A DNA stretch of 64,000 bases from an uncultured Gemmatimonadales bacterium (GTDB lineage: Bacteria; Gemmatimonadota; Gemmatimonadetes; Gemmatimonadales; Gemmatimonadaceae): assembly GCA_963793305.1 (NCBI GenBank), contig CAWBZV010000003.1, positions 160,001 to 224,000 on the forward strand. Reading direction: 5' to 3'. Positions 50,117-59,412 of this stretch are shown one piece after another. Position numbers and translations under genes: made by a program. Below the pieces are notes generated by a model. It was not told the DNA's origin. It saw nothing but the letters and a program-made list of their open reading frames with translations, and made no database searches. Each line of letters starts with the position of its first letter. Positions within the stretch are counted from its first letter, which is position 1.

Positions 50117-52512
50117 TTGTGCACCCGTGGGGGAACCGGCTCGAGCTCGAGGATCGCCGCGTCTCCCGACGTCGCGATTTCCGCGGGCGTCCGTGGGATG
50201 GCCAGCGAGTCGAGCTCTCCGGCCATCCATCGCGGAATGCGATCGGCGTACCGACTGCTGATGGGATTCCCGGACTGCCCGCCGGGATAGATCGCCCACG
50301 CCCGCACGGTCGGGCCGAGCTCCACCACCATGCGCCAACTCGGCCCGTGGATGCCACGACCTTCGAGCGGACTGATGGTCGATGTCCCGCCGGCCACTGG
50401 CAGCGCCAGGCGCGAGAACGCCGGAATCCCCAGCAGATGGTAGATGTTCGCGGTCCGCACACGGTCCCAGCGCCACCCTCCGCCGTCGGGAGGCCCATAG
50501 CGCCGGCGCACCGTGTCCAGGGCTGCGCTCAGACTCGCCGTGAGGACGCTGTCGCGCGGCACATCCCACCACGCGCTCGTCGAGTCCGCGACCAGCTCGG
50601 CCAGGATCGTCTCCTCCGGCCACGCATCTCCCAGCCGATGCCACGCGCGCCGCTTGAGCTCCCGCATCGCCGTCTCGAAGAGCACGGCGCGCTCGTTCTC
50701 GCGCGTGTACCGGCGATCCCACTGGCCCAGCAATCGCGCGCCCTCGGTCCCGCGGGCTGCGCTCAGAAAAAATGGCACGAAATAATCGGCGCGCGCGCTA
50801 CCGGGATCAGTCTGCAGCCGGCGCATCGCGTCCGGCGTCATCGCCGAGTCGGCACGGAGCGCGGCGTCAATGCGCATGGCCCGCCACGGCGATGGCCAGC
50901 TGACGCCGAGGTAGCCGGAGAACGTCGCCGGGTCATACGGCTCCTGGTTCGCCGACGCGAGAAACCCCTGCGCGGGATTGGTTGATTGGGGGTACTCGAC
51001 CAACGGACGATCGCCTATCCAGTCGCTCGCGCTCGTCGAGCCGTCGAAGATGCGCGTGCCTTTTCCGTCGCCTGGACGAATCGGGAAGCGGCCGTTGGAC
51101 CGAATGGCGATCGTTCCCGCGCGATCGGCGACGAGCACGTTCTGGGCGGGCGCCCGAAAGCTTTCAAAACCCTTGAGCAGCTCCGCGACCGTCCGTGCCT
51201 TCGCCGCCCCATCAAATGCGGAGAGCGCGTCCGATGGTTCGAGCGCTGTCCATCGCGTCGAGATCCAACGCCCGCCGACGTGCGTGAGCGGTCCCCGATG
51301 CGAATATCGAATCGTATCGGTGGCGATCACCCGTCCATTGGGGTCGCGATACAGCTCGATCCGTTGCGCTAACGCCCGCCATTGCCCATCGACTTTATAT
51401 CGCGTCGGCCGCGCCGAATCATCGACCGTCTCGGTGTATTCGTCGAGAACGTCAGCGCCCGTATTGGTCAGCGTCCACGCGAGATCCCGATTGAACCCGA
51501 TGACGGTCACCGGTGATCCAGGAATCGTGACGCCATAGACATCGCGCTCACCGGGCACGATGATATGCGCCTCGTACCAGATCGACGGCAGCGTCAGATC
51601 GAGATGCGGGTCGCCCGCGAGCAAAGCATAGCCCGCACGAGTGCGACGGGGCGAAACCGCCCAGTTGTTGCTGCCGACATCATCGTTGCGTTCCCCGGCC
51701 GACGCGAACGCCCGTGCGGTCGTGTCCGCGGGACCTGGTGGCGGCAAGTGGCGCGCAATCCAACGGGGCTCGCCCGGCGCGGGAACGATGGGCTCCTGCA
51801 ACGGACTGTGCACCGGCCCGAGCCCATCGGCCGCGGCATCACCGACCGCGGCCGCGAACGCCGCGTGCTCCCGCTCGTCGAGATTGTGCGCGAGCGTGAG
51901 GCTCATGCGATTGAGCAGATGCAGCGTATTGATCGCGTGCCACCGCGCTGGCCGTCGCCCGAGCAGCTTGTACTCGAGTGGGACATCCCACGGCCCCATG
52001 TGCCGGATCCACAAATTGATGCCGTCGGCGTAGGCACGCGCCGCGCGATACGGGATTCCCGTCGTGTCCATCGCGGCGTAGGCCTGCTCCGCCGCCCTCG
52101 GGAGCCCCAGTGCGCGCGCCTCGCGATCGAGCGGCAGCGCCGCGGCGCCGACGAGCTCCGTGAGCGTGCCGTTCGCCGCCCGCGTCTGGATCTCGAGCTG
52201 AAACAGTCGATCGCGCGCGACGACGAAGCCGAGCGCGCGATACGCGTCGAGGGTCGAGTGCGCGAAGATGTGCGGGACGCCGCGACGGTCGTAGAACACG
52301 CGGACCGAGGAGTCGAGTCCCTTGACGTATCGCACGATCTGAAACGACGGGAGCTCGGCGTGGATCGTGGTCGACCAGACGCCGGTGGCCGGGTCGAGGA
52401 ACGGCCCGAGTGGCGGGAGCGGGCCGAGGCGGAACGCGCTGCCAGCGATGCTCGCAAGGCCCAAGATGAGCGCAGCCGCGAGACGCCGCGGTCGTCTCGG
52501 CGGTCGAATCAT
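50113..52512 (-). CDS. Penicillin acylase / AHL-acylase family Ntn hydrolase
   Basis: YDRRGVPHIFA, ARDRLFQ, GSNNWAV, GDPHL...PSIWYE, GPSWRMVV, YPGGQSGNP. Confidence 0.92.
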   Translation of the reverse strand: MIRPPRRPRRLAAALILGLASIAGSAFRLGPLPPLGPFLDPATGVWSTTIHAELPSFQIVRYVKGLDSSVRVFYDRRGVPHIFAHSTLDAYRALGFVVARDRLFQLEIQTRAANGTLTELVGAAALPLDREARALGLPRAAEQAYAAMDTTGIPYRAARAYADGINLWIRHMGPWDVPLEYKLLGRRPARWHAINTLHLLNRMSLTLAHNLDEREHAAFAAAVGDAAADGLGPVHSPLQEPIVPAPGEPRWIARHLPPPGPADTTARAFASAGERNDDVGSNNWAVSPRRTRAGYALLAGDPHLDLTLPSIWYEAHIIVPGERDVYGVTIPGSPVTVIGFNRDLAWTLTNTGADVLDEYTETVDDSARPTRYKVDGQWRALAQRIELYRDPNGRVIATDTIRYSHRGPLTHVGGRWISTRWTALEPSDALSAFDGAAKARTVAELLKGFESFRAPAQNVLVADRAGTIAIRSNGRFPIRPGDGKGTRIFDGSTSASDWIGDRPLVEYPQSTNPAQGFLASANQEPYDPATFSGYLGVSWPSPWRAMRIDAALRADSAMTPDAMRRLQTDPGSARADYFVPFFLSAARGTEGARLLGQWDRRYTRENERAVLFETAMRELKRRAWHRLGDAWPEETILAELVADSTSAWWDVPRDSVLTASLSAALDTVRRRYGPPDGGGWRWDRVRTANIYHLLGIPAFSRLALPVAGGTSTISPLEGRGIHGPSWRMVVELGPTVRAWAIYPGGQSGNPISSRYADRIPRWMAGELDSLAIPRTPAEIATSGDAAILELEPVPPRVHK

Positions 52513-52522
52513 GCCGCGAAGG

Positions 52523-54232
52523 CTATCGCGGCTTACCCAGGGAGTCCACTACGTGGGCGAGCGAGTCCACGCGGCGACGGCGCGCGGCGATCTCGGCGCG
52601 CAACGACGCGGTGGTGTCGCGCATCGAGAGGTCGGGCGTCGACGACATGGATATGGGGCCGCCGCTGCCCGAGGCGCGCGGAATCGGCGCGGCGCCCGAG
52701 CCATACACGGTCGCGGCGGTCGAATCGTTCGCGGTGTTCACATCCGGCTGATTCTTCCGCCGTCGCGATTTCGGTACTTGCGCCGGATCCAAACCCACCG
52801 GCTGTCGCTGCACGGCTGGCAAGGGATCCTGCGGCAGCGGCGCCGTGCTCGTATCGCTGGCCGAGAGCACGACCGAATCGGCCGGCGCCGCCGGCGTTTG
52901 CTGCACGATCGCCGGACGCGACTGCATCGCGTACTTCACGATAGCCAACGCGGCGGCCGACCCGAAGATCACGCTCAAGAGAACCGAGACCACGACGGTA
53001 CGCATGCGATCCCCTGCGGTGCTCGGCACCCGAATGAATGTGTGCGTCTGCCGCTGGGGCATCGTGCGCGGCTCGCGCGGAGGACCAGCGGTGCGTGGCT
53101 CGACCCAACCGGGCGGCTTCCCATTGACCCACGCTCCGCGGCGTTCGACGCCGTCCCACTTTCGGCGCTCGATGCCATCCCAACCACCGGTCTTGCCCTC
53201 GGTCTTGGCTCCCGTCTTCGGCTCGGGCTTCGGCCCGGTCCCTGGCTCGAGGAACACGACCGACGGGCCGCTCTTGCGAGAGAGTGGCTTCGGCTGCGGG
53301 AACGGCACGGGCGACGAGGGTGGCTCGCGTACCGGCGGCGCTTTCGCCGTTGGATCGAAGTTGGCGGCCAGCGTCGAGAGCGATGTCGCCGGAGTGGCGT
53401 CGCCCTCTTCCGCCGTCCCGGTCCACGGATCGAGCATTGCCGCGACATCGACCTGGAGCTCGTGGTCGAGCACCTCGTGCACGGCGCGCTCGGGCTCCAT
53501 GGCCGAGACCAATGCGCGGGCCTCCGACCAGGTCGCGCCGACGACCGCGCCGCTGCAGGCGCAGCCGAGTCGCGGGGCGATGTCGACCACGCAGCGATCG
53601 CGCTTGGCGACGTGGTTGGCGACTTCCGCTATGTAGTCGGCCGACTGCGGCTCCAGCACGGCCTGCCCACGCCGCTCGGCGTAGATCCAGTTCGGCGCCG
53701 GTGCTCCACCGGGGAGCGAATAGAACCGCCGGCCGTCGCGCGCGACCCGCTCGTCCATCGTCGCCGACTGGCTGGCGGGATTGATATTGCGCTTGGCCAG
53801 ACTCCGGAGCAGCGCGGCCGGCGTCGCGTACCGATCGATCGCCGGGTCGGCCGCGCCGGGGCAGTCGCCGACATACGTGATATGCAGGCCCTGCAGCCCG
53901 GCACGCGCGCGCAGGTACCGCGCGGCCGCGACCGGCGGGGACACGAACGGCAGCAGATTCTGCCGCATGCTCCCCATTCTCCGCATCCGCTCGGCCACCC
54001 TCGGGCACGAGCACAGGATGAGCGCCTCATCCCCGCGGGCCGCGATCCGCTTGAGCGCCGCCTCGGCGATCAGCTCGTCCCCCCAGCTCGCCGGGACGGC
54101 CGCGCTATAGCCCGCGGCCAAGCACGCGTTTGCCAGCTGCACTGGTGTGGCGGGCTGTGCAGCCAGAAACGCGTCGGCGCCCAGGATTACGACTGCTGGA
54201 CCGTGGGATTGAGAGCCGTTAGGCGAAGCCAA
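52523..54232 (-). CDS. Membrane-anchored protein with an N-terminal [FeFe]-hydrogenase/Nar1-like domain, Pro-rich linker, TM and C-terminal coiled coil
   Basis: ILCSCP, PFVSPPVAAARYLR, ITYVGDCP, LGCACSG; single TM VVVSVLLSVIFGSAAALAIV. Confidence 0.6.
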   Translation of the reverse strand: MASPNGSQSHGPAVVILGADAFLAAQPATPVQLANACLAAGYSAAVPASWGDELIAEAALKRIAARGDEALILCSCPRVAERMRRMGSMRQNLLPFVSPPVAAARYLRARAGLQGLHITYVGDCPGAADPAIDRYATPAALLRSLAKRNINPASQSATMDERVARDGRRFYSLPGGAPAPNWIYAERRGQAVLEPQSADYIAEVANHVAKRDRCVVDIAPRLGCACSGAVVGATWSEARALVSAMEPERAVHEVLDHELQVDVAAMLDPWTGTAEEGDATPATSLSTLAANFDPTAKAPPVREPPSSPVPFPQPKPLSRKSGPSVVFLEPGTGPKPEPKTGAKTEGKTGGWDGIERRKWDGVERRGAWVNGKPPGWVEPRTAGPPREPRTMPQRQTHTFIRVPSTAGDRMRTVVVSVLLSVIFGSAAALAIVKYAMQSRPAIVQQTPAAPADSVVLSASDTSTAPLPQDPLPAVQRQPVGLDPAQVPKSRRRKNQPDVNTANDSTAATVYGSGAAPIPRASGSGGPISMSSTPDLSMRDTTASLRAEIAARRRRVDSLAHVVDSLGKPR

Positions 54233-54321
54233 ATGGGAACCGTAAACGGTGAAACCAGGAACGTCGGACTATCCTGAGCAATCGACGACCTGCTTTCACC
54301 GAGGGTTACGGCCCCCCGGGT

Positions 54322-55366
54322 CTAGGGCTGCTTGACCAGGGCGATCGTGCCGGAGCCGCTGTCGATAGAGATCTGCCCAGCGCCATCCCCGATGCGCCCG
54401 GCATAGTGGGTGTCATCGTCGTCCCGCCGCCGCTCGAGGGCGAAGTCGCTCCGGACTCCGCCAGACCCGGCGTCAATGTCGACGTCGGCCCCGAACGACT
54501 TCGGGATGTGCAGGGTCACGTCGCCGGAACCCGCGTCGATCTTCACCCGGTGGGCGGGCCCGACAAAGGAGACGTTGACATCGCCACTGCCAGCGTCGAG
54601 CGACAGATCCTCGACCGTCACACCCGACACGGTGGTCTTCCCCGAGCCCAGATCGAGCTTGGCGCGGGCGTACGCGAGCGAGGTGACCTTGATGTCACCC
54701 GACCCCGCATCGACGTTCGAGCCGCTCCCCGCGCACGTTGGACAGCGTGACATCGCCGGACCCCACGTCCAGATTCATGTCACCTTGCGCATCCCGTACG
54801 ATGAGATCGCCGGACCCGGTGTCGAGGTCGAGCGCACCGTGGGTATGATCGATGGTGATCGACGCCTCGTCGACGTCCGCGAGGAGGTCGCCGTCGGTAC
54901 CGGACACGGATGCGTCGCCGGTCGCGAGATAGAGAGCGAGTCGCGCACCCGGAGGCATGTGCACGGTGAGATCCGCATGTGCTTCCAGTCCGTCGCCGCT
55001 CCCAACGATGGTGACGCGGCGCCCACGCCAACGGTGGTTGCCGTCCCACGTGCCGTCGTCATTGACTTCCAGCTCGGTCCGCCAACGGCTGCCGGTATTC
55101 GGCCGCGGATAGACGATGCGGTCACTTGGATACAGCACGCGGAAAGTCTGGCGATCGCCGACCAGGCCGGTGGCGATCGATAGCTTGTCGGCATCGCGTC
55201 CGCCGCGCGCGACGTCGATCGTGATGTCGCTCCCGGTGCCGCGAACGACGCGGATCGTGCCCGCGATATTGTAGATGGCGGCCGGAGACGGCAACGAGCG
55301 ATGGTCGACGCTCTGGGCGCGGAGCGGGAGCGCGACGGCGAGGAGGGCGAGTGATTGTTTGATCAT
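54322..55366 (-). CDS. DUF4097-type beta-strand repeat secreted protein (apparent +1 frameshift near 54716)
   Basis: Signal peptide; repeated D(T/V/A)GSGD(L/V/I) units in two frames. Confidence 0.82.
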
Positions 55367-55381
55367 CGCCCGGTTGGACAC

Positions 55382-55918
55382 CTAGGGCGCGGTTACCGTT
55401 TGAACCCGTTCCAGGGCCGTCAAAATCTCGTCGAGCGTCGTATGCCCGCGGTCGCGGGCGTACCAGGTGCGCAAGGCCTTATAGCGCTCCTCTTTGGGCA
55501 GCGCCACGCCTTCGTTCAATGCCCATTCCTGCAGCGATCCGGGACGCGGACCCCACCACCCGCGCTCCTCGTAGTTGGCGTCGAGGATGATGACGATGGG
55601 GATCGACCGGGACTTCCCGTTCGTCAGGTGCGCGTCCATGAGGTCGAGGTTCTGGTCCCGCGCCAGGATCCGGAGCGTGATGTTCGGCGCGACCTCGGTG
55701 AGCCGCGCGAGCGGGGGCAGTGTGTTCACGGCGTCACCGCACCAGTCCTCGGCCAGGGCGAGCAGGTGCCAGGGACCGCCAAGGGCCGCCGCTCGCGTCA
55801 CGATGTCGGGCGCGACCTCGGCGTGCTCGTAGATCTTTTTCCACAAGTCGGTGTTGGCCTTCGCCGCCGCGCAAAACTCGGCGAACGTCATCCCGTGATC
55901 GTAGCGGTCCTTGAGCAT
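55382..55918 (-). CDS. Thioredoxin-family protein (Thioredoxin_9-like, WCGD)
   Basis: LALAEDWCGDA, RDQNLDLMD, SRSIP, WGPRP. Confidence 0.85.
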   Translation of the reverse strand: MLKDRYDHGMTFAEFCAAAKANTDLWKKIYEHAEVAPDIVTRAAALGGPWHLLALAEDWCGDAVNTLPPLARLTEVAPNITLRILARDQNLDLMDAHLTNGKSRSIPIVIILDANYEERGWWGPRPGSLQEWALNEGVALPKEERYKALRTWYARDRGHTTLDEILTALERVQTVTAP

Positions 55919-55920
55919 GG

Positions 55921-56367
55921 TCAGGTCTTCAAAGCTAATTGGCCCTGCACCTGGCGCCGAAATTCGAGTGGCGCGCCGATGTGGTCGAACGCCTCGTGCG
56001 TGCCGCCACTGCCCATGATGATGACGGTGCCGTAATTGAAGACGCGACCCGGGACCGTCTGCTCGACTTGTATCCCTTCGACTTTGTCGAGCATCAGCTC
56101 GATCGTGCGCCGGCGGACAGCGCCCATCGCGATGATGACCCGTTTGTTCGTCACCGCGAGCTCGGTCGCGGCACGGCGCGCCCAGACGTTCACGAAAATG
56201 AGCCCGGCGACGATAATTGCGGCCAGCACGACGAGCCACACGTGGAACACGGCGGCGACGAATGCGGCGACCGCCGGCACGATGAGCCAGAGGAACGGCA
56301 GCCGATAGAGCGTGGCCCGGTACACGACCTGTTCGCCCGGGATCAGGCTCTTGTCGACGTAGCTCAC
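55921..56367 (-). CDS. Bacterial PH-domain membrane protein
   Basis: SYVDKSLIPGEQVVY, 2 TM, ELAVTNKRVII, GRVFNYGTVII. Confidence 0.82.
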   Translation of the reverse strand: MSYVDKSLIPGEQVVYRATLYRLPFLWLIVPAVAAFVAAVFHVWLVVLAAIIVAGLIFVNVWARRAATELAVTNKRVIIAMGAVRRRTIELMLDKVEGIQVEQTVPGRVFNYGTVIIMGSGGTHEAFDHIGAPLEFRRQVQGQLALKT

Positions 56368-56915
56368 GGTGAAGGGACGACTGAACGCGGGGGTGCGCCA
56401 CGGCGTAGCGTTGCCTGACTCGCCAGCGCCTGCAAGCTGCGATGCGCCTCCTCGCGCTGCTGCGGCCATGCGCTCAATGCGCTCTCCGTCTCAGTCCCGC
56501 CGCGAATACCCGTCACGCGTTCACCGATCCAGCGGAGGGCGGCGACGGCCCGCTCCGCCAACCGGGCATCGACGCCGGGCACTTCCGTCGTGAGCTCGAC
56601 CAACTTGGCGAGTGTCTCGTCGGGCCACACGGTCATCCCGGCAACCTGCGCGCCGGTCGGCGCTTCGCTCGGGAGACCGGCGAGTGTTTTCTGCAGTTGG
56701 CCCACCAGGGCCGCCAGTGCCTCGCGGATGTTTCGCAACCGTTCTTCGCGCTCGATCGCGATCACGTCCGCCTGCTGTTGTGTCGCGGCCGCGATCCGAT
56801 TCGTGAGGCGAACGTAGCGCGTCGTGAGCACGACGAGCGCGACTGTGACACAGGCCTGGATCAGCGCGGCGACCGCGGTGACCGCGCCGGTGTTCGCGTT
56901 CAGCCATCGCAGCAG
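56364..56915 (-). CDS. Hypothetical membrane protein (start uncertain)
   Basis: Frame extends upstream of the track ORF through a TM (WLNANTGAVTAVAALIQACVTVALVVLT). Confidence 0.5.
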   Translation of the reverse strand: MLRWLNANTGAVTAVAALIQACVTVALVVLTTRYVRLTNRIAAATQQQADVIAIEREERLRNIREALAALVGQLQKTLAGLPSEAPTGAQVAGMTVWPDETLAKLVELTTEVPGVDARLAERAVAALRWIGERVTGIRGGTETESALSAWPQQREEAHRSLQALASQATLRRGAPPRSVVPSP

Positions 56916-56917
56916 CC

Positions 56918-58813
56918 CTACGATGCCGCCGCCTCGGGCTCATCCAACATCTCGTCGTGATGGATGAGATCGCGGATGCGCGCGGCTTTGCCCAGGTGGA
57001 ACGGCACGGCCACCACCACGACGTTCGGCCGGAAGAGGAACGCGGTGCGAATGTACAGCGCCGTCTTGTTGTGCAGCAGGTGCTCCCACCAGTGCTTCGG
57101 CACGATCTCCGGGACGACGACACTCACGAGCTCACCCACGGTGTCGCACCGGAGCTCGTCGACGTATTTGACGAGCGGGCGAATGATCGACCGGTACGGC
57201 GACGGGACGACGACGAGATCGACGCCGATGTCCCACTGCTCCCATTCCTTCCGCACGGCCTCGGTAGACTTGGGGTCGACCTCGACATAGACCGCCCTCA
57301 CGTCGGTCGAGATGGTCGTCGCATACACGAGAGCGCCGGCGGTTGCCTTGGAGATGCCGTTGATCGGCACGACGACCACGTGCCGGAGCGGCTGGATCAC
57401 GCTCCGCCCGTCGAACTTGATCGCCTCGGCGAACTTGACGTAGTGTCGGTGGATCGCGATCAGCATGCACACGAGCGCCGGAATGATCAGCACGACGATC
57501 CAGGCGCCGGTCGTGAACTTGGTCCAGACTTGGATGATGCTGACGATACCGGTGGCCGCTGCGCCCAGGCCGTTGAGGCCGGCGCGCCACTGCCAGCCGC
57601 GCTCGCGGCACTTGAACCAGTGGACGACCATGCCCGCTTGGCTCAATGTGAAGCACACGAACACTCCCACTGCATACAATGGGATCAGTGCGTTGGTGTT
57701 CCCGCGGAATATCACGATCAGCATGATCGCCAGTGCCGCCAGCGTGACGATGCCGTTCGAGAATGCGAGCCGATCGCCGCGTGCGGCCAGCTGGCGCGGC
57801 ATGAATCGATCGTTGGCCAGGATGCTGCCCAGTCGCGGGAAGTCGGCGAACGCCGTATTCGCCGCCAGGACCAGGACCGCGAACGTCGAGTACTGCAACG
57901 CGTAGTATCCGAAGCCGTCCCCGAACACGCGATGCCCTAACTGCGACAGTACGGTTTCGCCAAGCGGGGTCACGACAAGGCCATAGTGATGCGCGAGGAC
58001 ACTGGTCCCCATAAAGAACACAGCGAGCAGGCTCACCATCCACACGAGCGTCGTCGCCGCGTTCTTCGGGGCGGGTGCCTTGAACACCATGACGCCGTTC
58101 GAGATCGCCTCGGTGCCGGTCATGGCCGAGCAGCCTTCGGAGAACGCGCGCAGCAGCAGGATCACGAACGCGAACCCGATCGGTGGCGCTACGGCCGGCG
58201 CACTCGGAGCGATCGTGGGGTGCCCGATCGATCGCAGCCCACCGGCGATGATGAGCGCGAACATCATGAAGATGAACGCGTACGTGGGCACCCGAAACGC
58301 GGCGCCGGACTCACGCACGCCGCGCAAGTTCACGACCATGAGCAGGAGCGCCGCGACGATACAGATCATGACGCGGTGCACACCGATCGTCGGGTAGGCC
58401 GAGATGATCGCGTCGACGCCGGACGCGATCGAGACGGAAACCGTGAGGATGTAATCGGTCAGCAGTGCCGCGGCGGCTACGAGGCCCGGCAAGACTCCGA
58501 GATTTTCGCGCGCGACGGTGTAGGATCCACCGCCGCCGGGATAGGCAAAGATCGTCTGCCGATACGAGAGTCCCACGAGCAGCAGCAGGCCGACAATGAC
58601 CCCGGAGATCGGCACGACGTACTGCAGCGACATCGCGCCGAGCACGGCCAGAACGATCAGGATCTGATCCGTCGCGTACGCGACCGAGGAGATCGCGTCC
58701 GACGAGAGGACAGCTAGGGCTGTAACTTTGCCGAGGCGCTCGTGCTCCAGACGTTCACTGGCCAGAGGGCGGCCAAAGAGCAGGCGCTTGAGATATGTCC
58801 CGAACGAAGCCAT
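56918..58813 (-). CDS. APC-family permease (KimA/YdaO-like)
   Basis: LAVLSSDAISSVAYA, AYPGGGGSY, NLRGVRESG, TGTEAISNG, LIPLYAVGVF, WWEHLLHN. Confidence 0.92.
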   Translation of the reverse strand: MASFGTYLKRLLFGRPLASERLEHERLGKVTALAVLSSDAISSVAYATDQILIVLAVLGAMSLQYVVPISGVIVGLLLLVGLSYRQTIFAYPGGGGSYTVARENLGVLPGLVAAAALLTDYILTVSVSIASGVDAIISAYPTIGVHRVMICIVAALLLMVVNLRGVRESGAAFRVPTYAFIFMMFALIIAGGLRSIGHPTIAPSAPAVAPPIGFAFVILLLRAFSEGCSAMTGTEAISNGVMVFKAPAPKNAATTLVWMVSLLAVFFMGTSVLAHHYGLVVTPLGETVLSQLGHRVFGDGFGYYALQYSTFAVLVLAANTAFADFPRLGSILANDRFMPRQLAARGDRLAFSNGIVTLAALAIMLIVIFRGNTNALIPLYAVGVFVCFTLSQAGMVVHWFKCRERGWQWRAGLNGLGAAATGIVSIIQVWTKFTTGAWIVVLIIPALVCMLIAIHRHYVKFAEAIKFDGRSVIQPLRHVVVVPINGISKATAGALVYATTISTDVRAVYVEVDPKSTEAVRKEWEQWDIGVDLVVVPSPYRSIIRPLVKYVDELRCDTVGELVSVVVPEIVPKHWWEHLLHNKTALYIRTAFLFRPNVVVVAVPFHLGKAARIRDLIHHDEMLDEPEAAAS

Positions 58814-58853
58814 CGCTATACTGAAGTATACTCGACCGTATAGACTTCGGTGT

Positions 58854-59412
58854 ATGGCGGCCTTTTATAAGGATGGCGAAAGCTACGCGCTCGATACCGA
58901 GCGCAGCGTCGTGAGGTTCGCCTTACATAACCTCGGCGTCCCGACCCTTAAAGGCACGCTGCGGCCCAAGACCGGCCTGATTATCGTCGACACAACGGCG
59001 CTGGTGCGGACGGCGGATTTCCACATCGACGCCGACAGCATCGAGGTGCATGGCCCCCATGCGGCCGGTGAGATCGTCCGGTGGTTGTTCGGTGACGAGA
59101 CAAACCCCTTGGTGACGTTTACGACCACCTGGGCCCGGCCCGTGGGGCACTCAGCGGTCGAGTTGCAGGGCACGCTGCTCCTGCACGGGCACGAGCATTC
59201 TGATCAGCTTCCGCAGCGATACCGGGAGTTGGGAGCCGCACGACTCCGGCGCGATGTGGCACAAATCGTCCGTTCACGGCGTGCTCGATCGCAACACGTG
59301 GGACGAGCGGAAAGAGATCCAGCGCGAGATCGCCACGTTGTTGCTCGGCCACGATGTGCACATTACGGCCGAGTTCTACGCCGGGCCTAGAACCAGTACC
59401 CCAGTCGGATAA
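58854..59412 (+). CDS. YceI-like protein (apparent +1 frameshift near 59198)
   Basis: YALDTERSVVRF, IDADSI, LQGTLLLHG; corrected tail GVLDR...LGHDVHITAEF. Confidence 0.65.

Noticed and set aside
50113..52512. Ntn hydrolase as a substitute for the missing EgtC
   Set aside because: It is a penicillin-acylase-type exported protein 23 kb away with no linkage to the egt genes.
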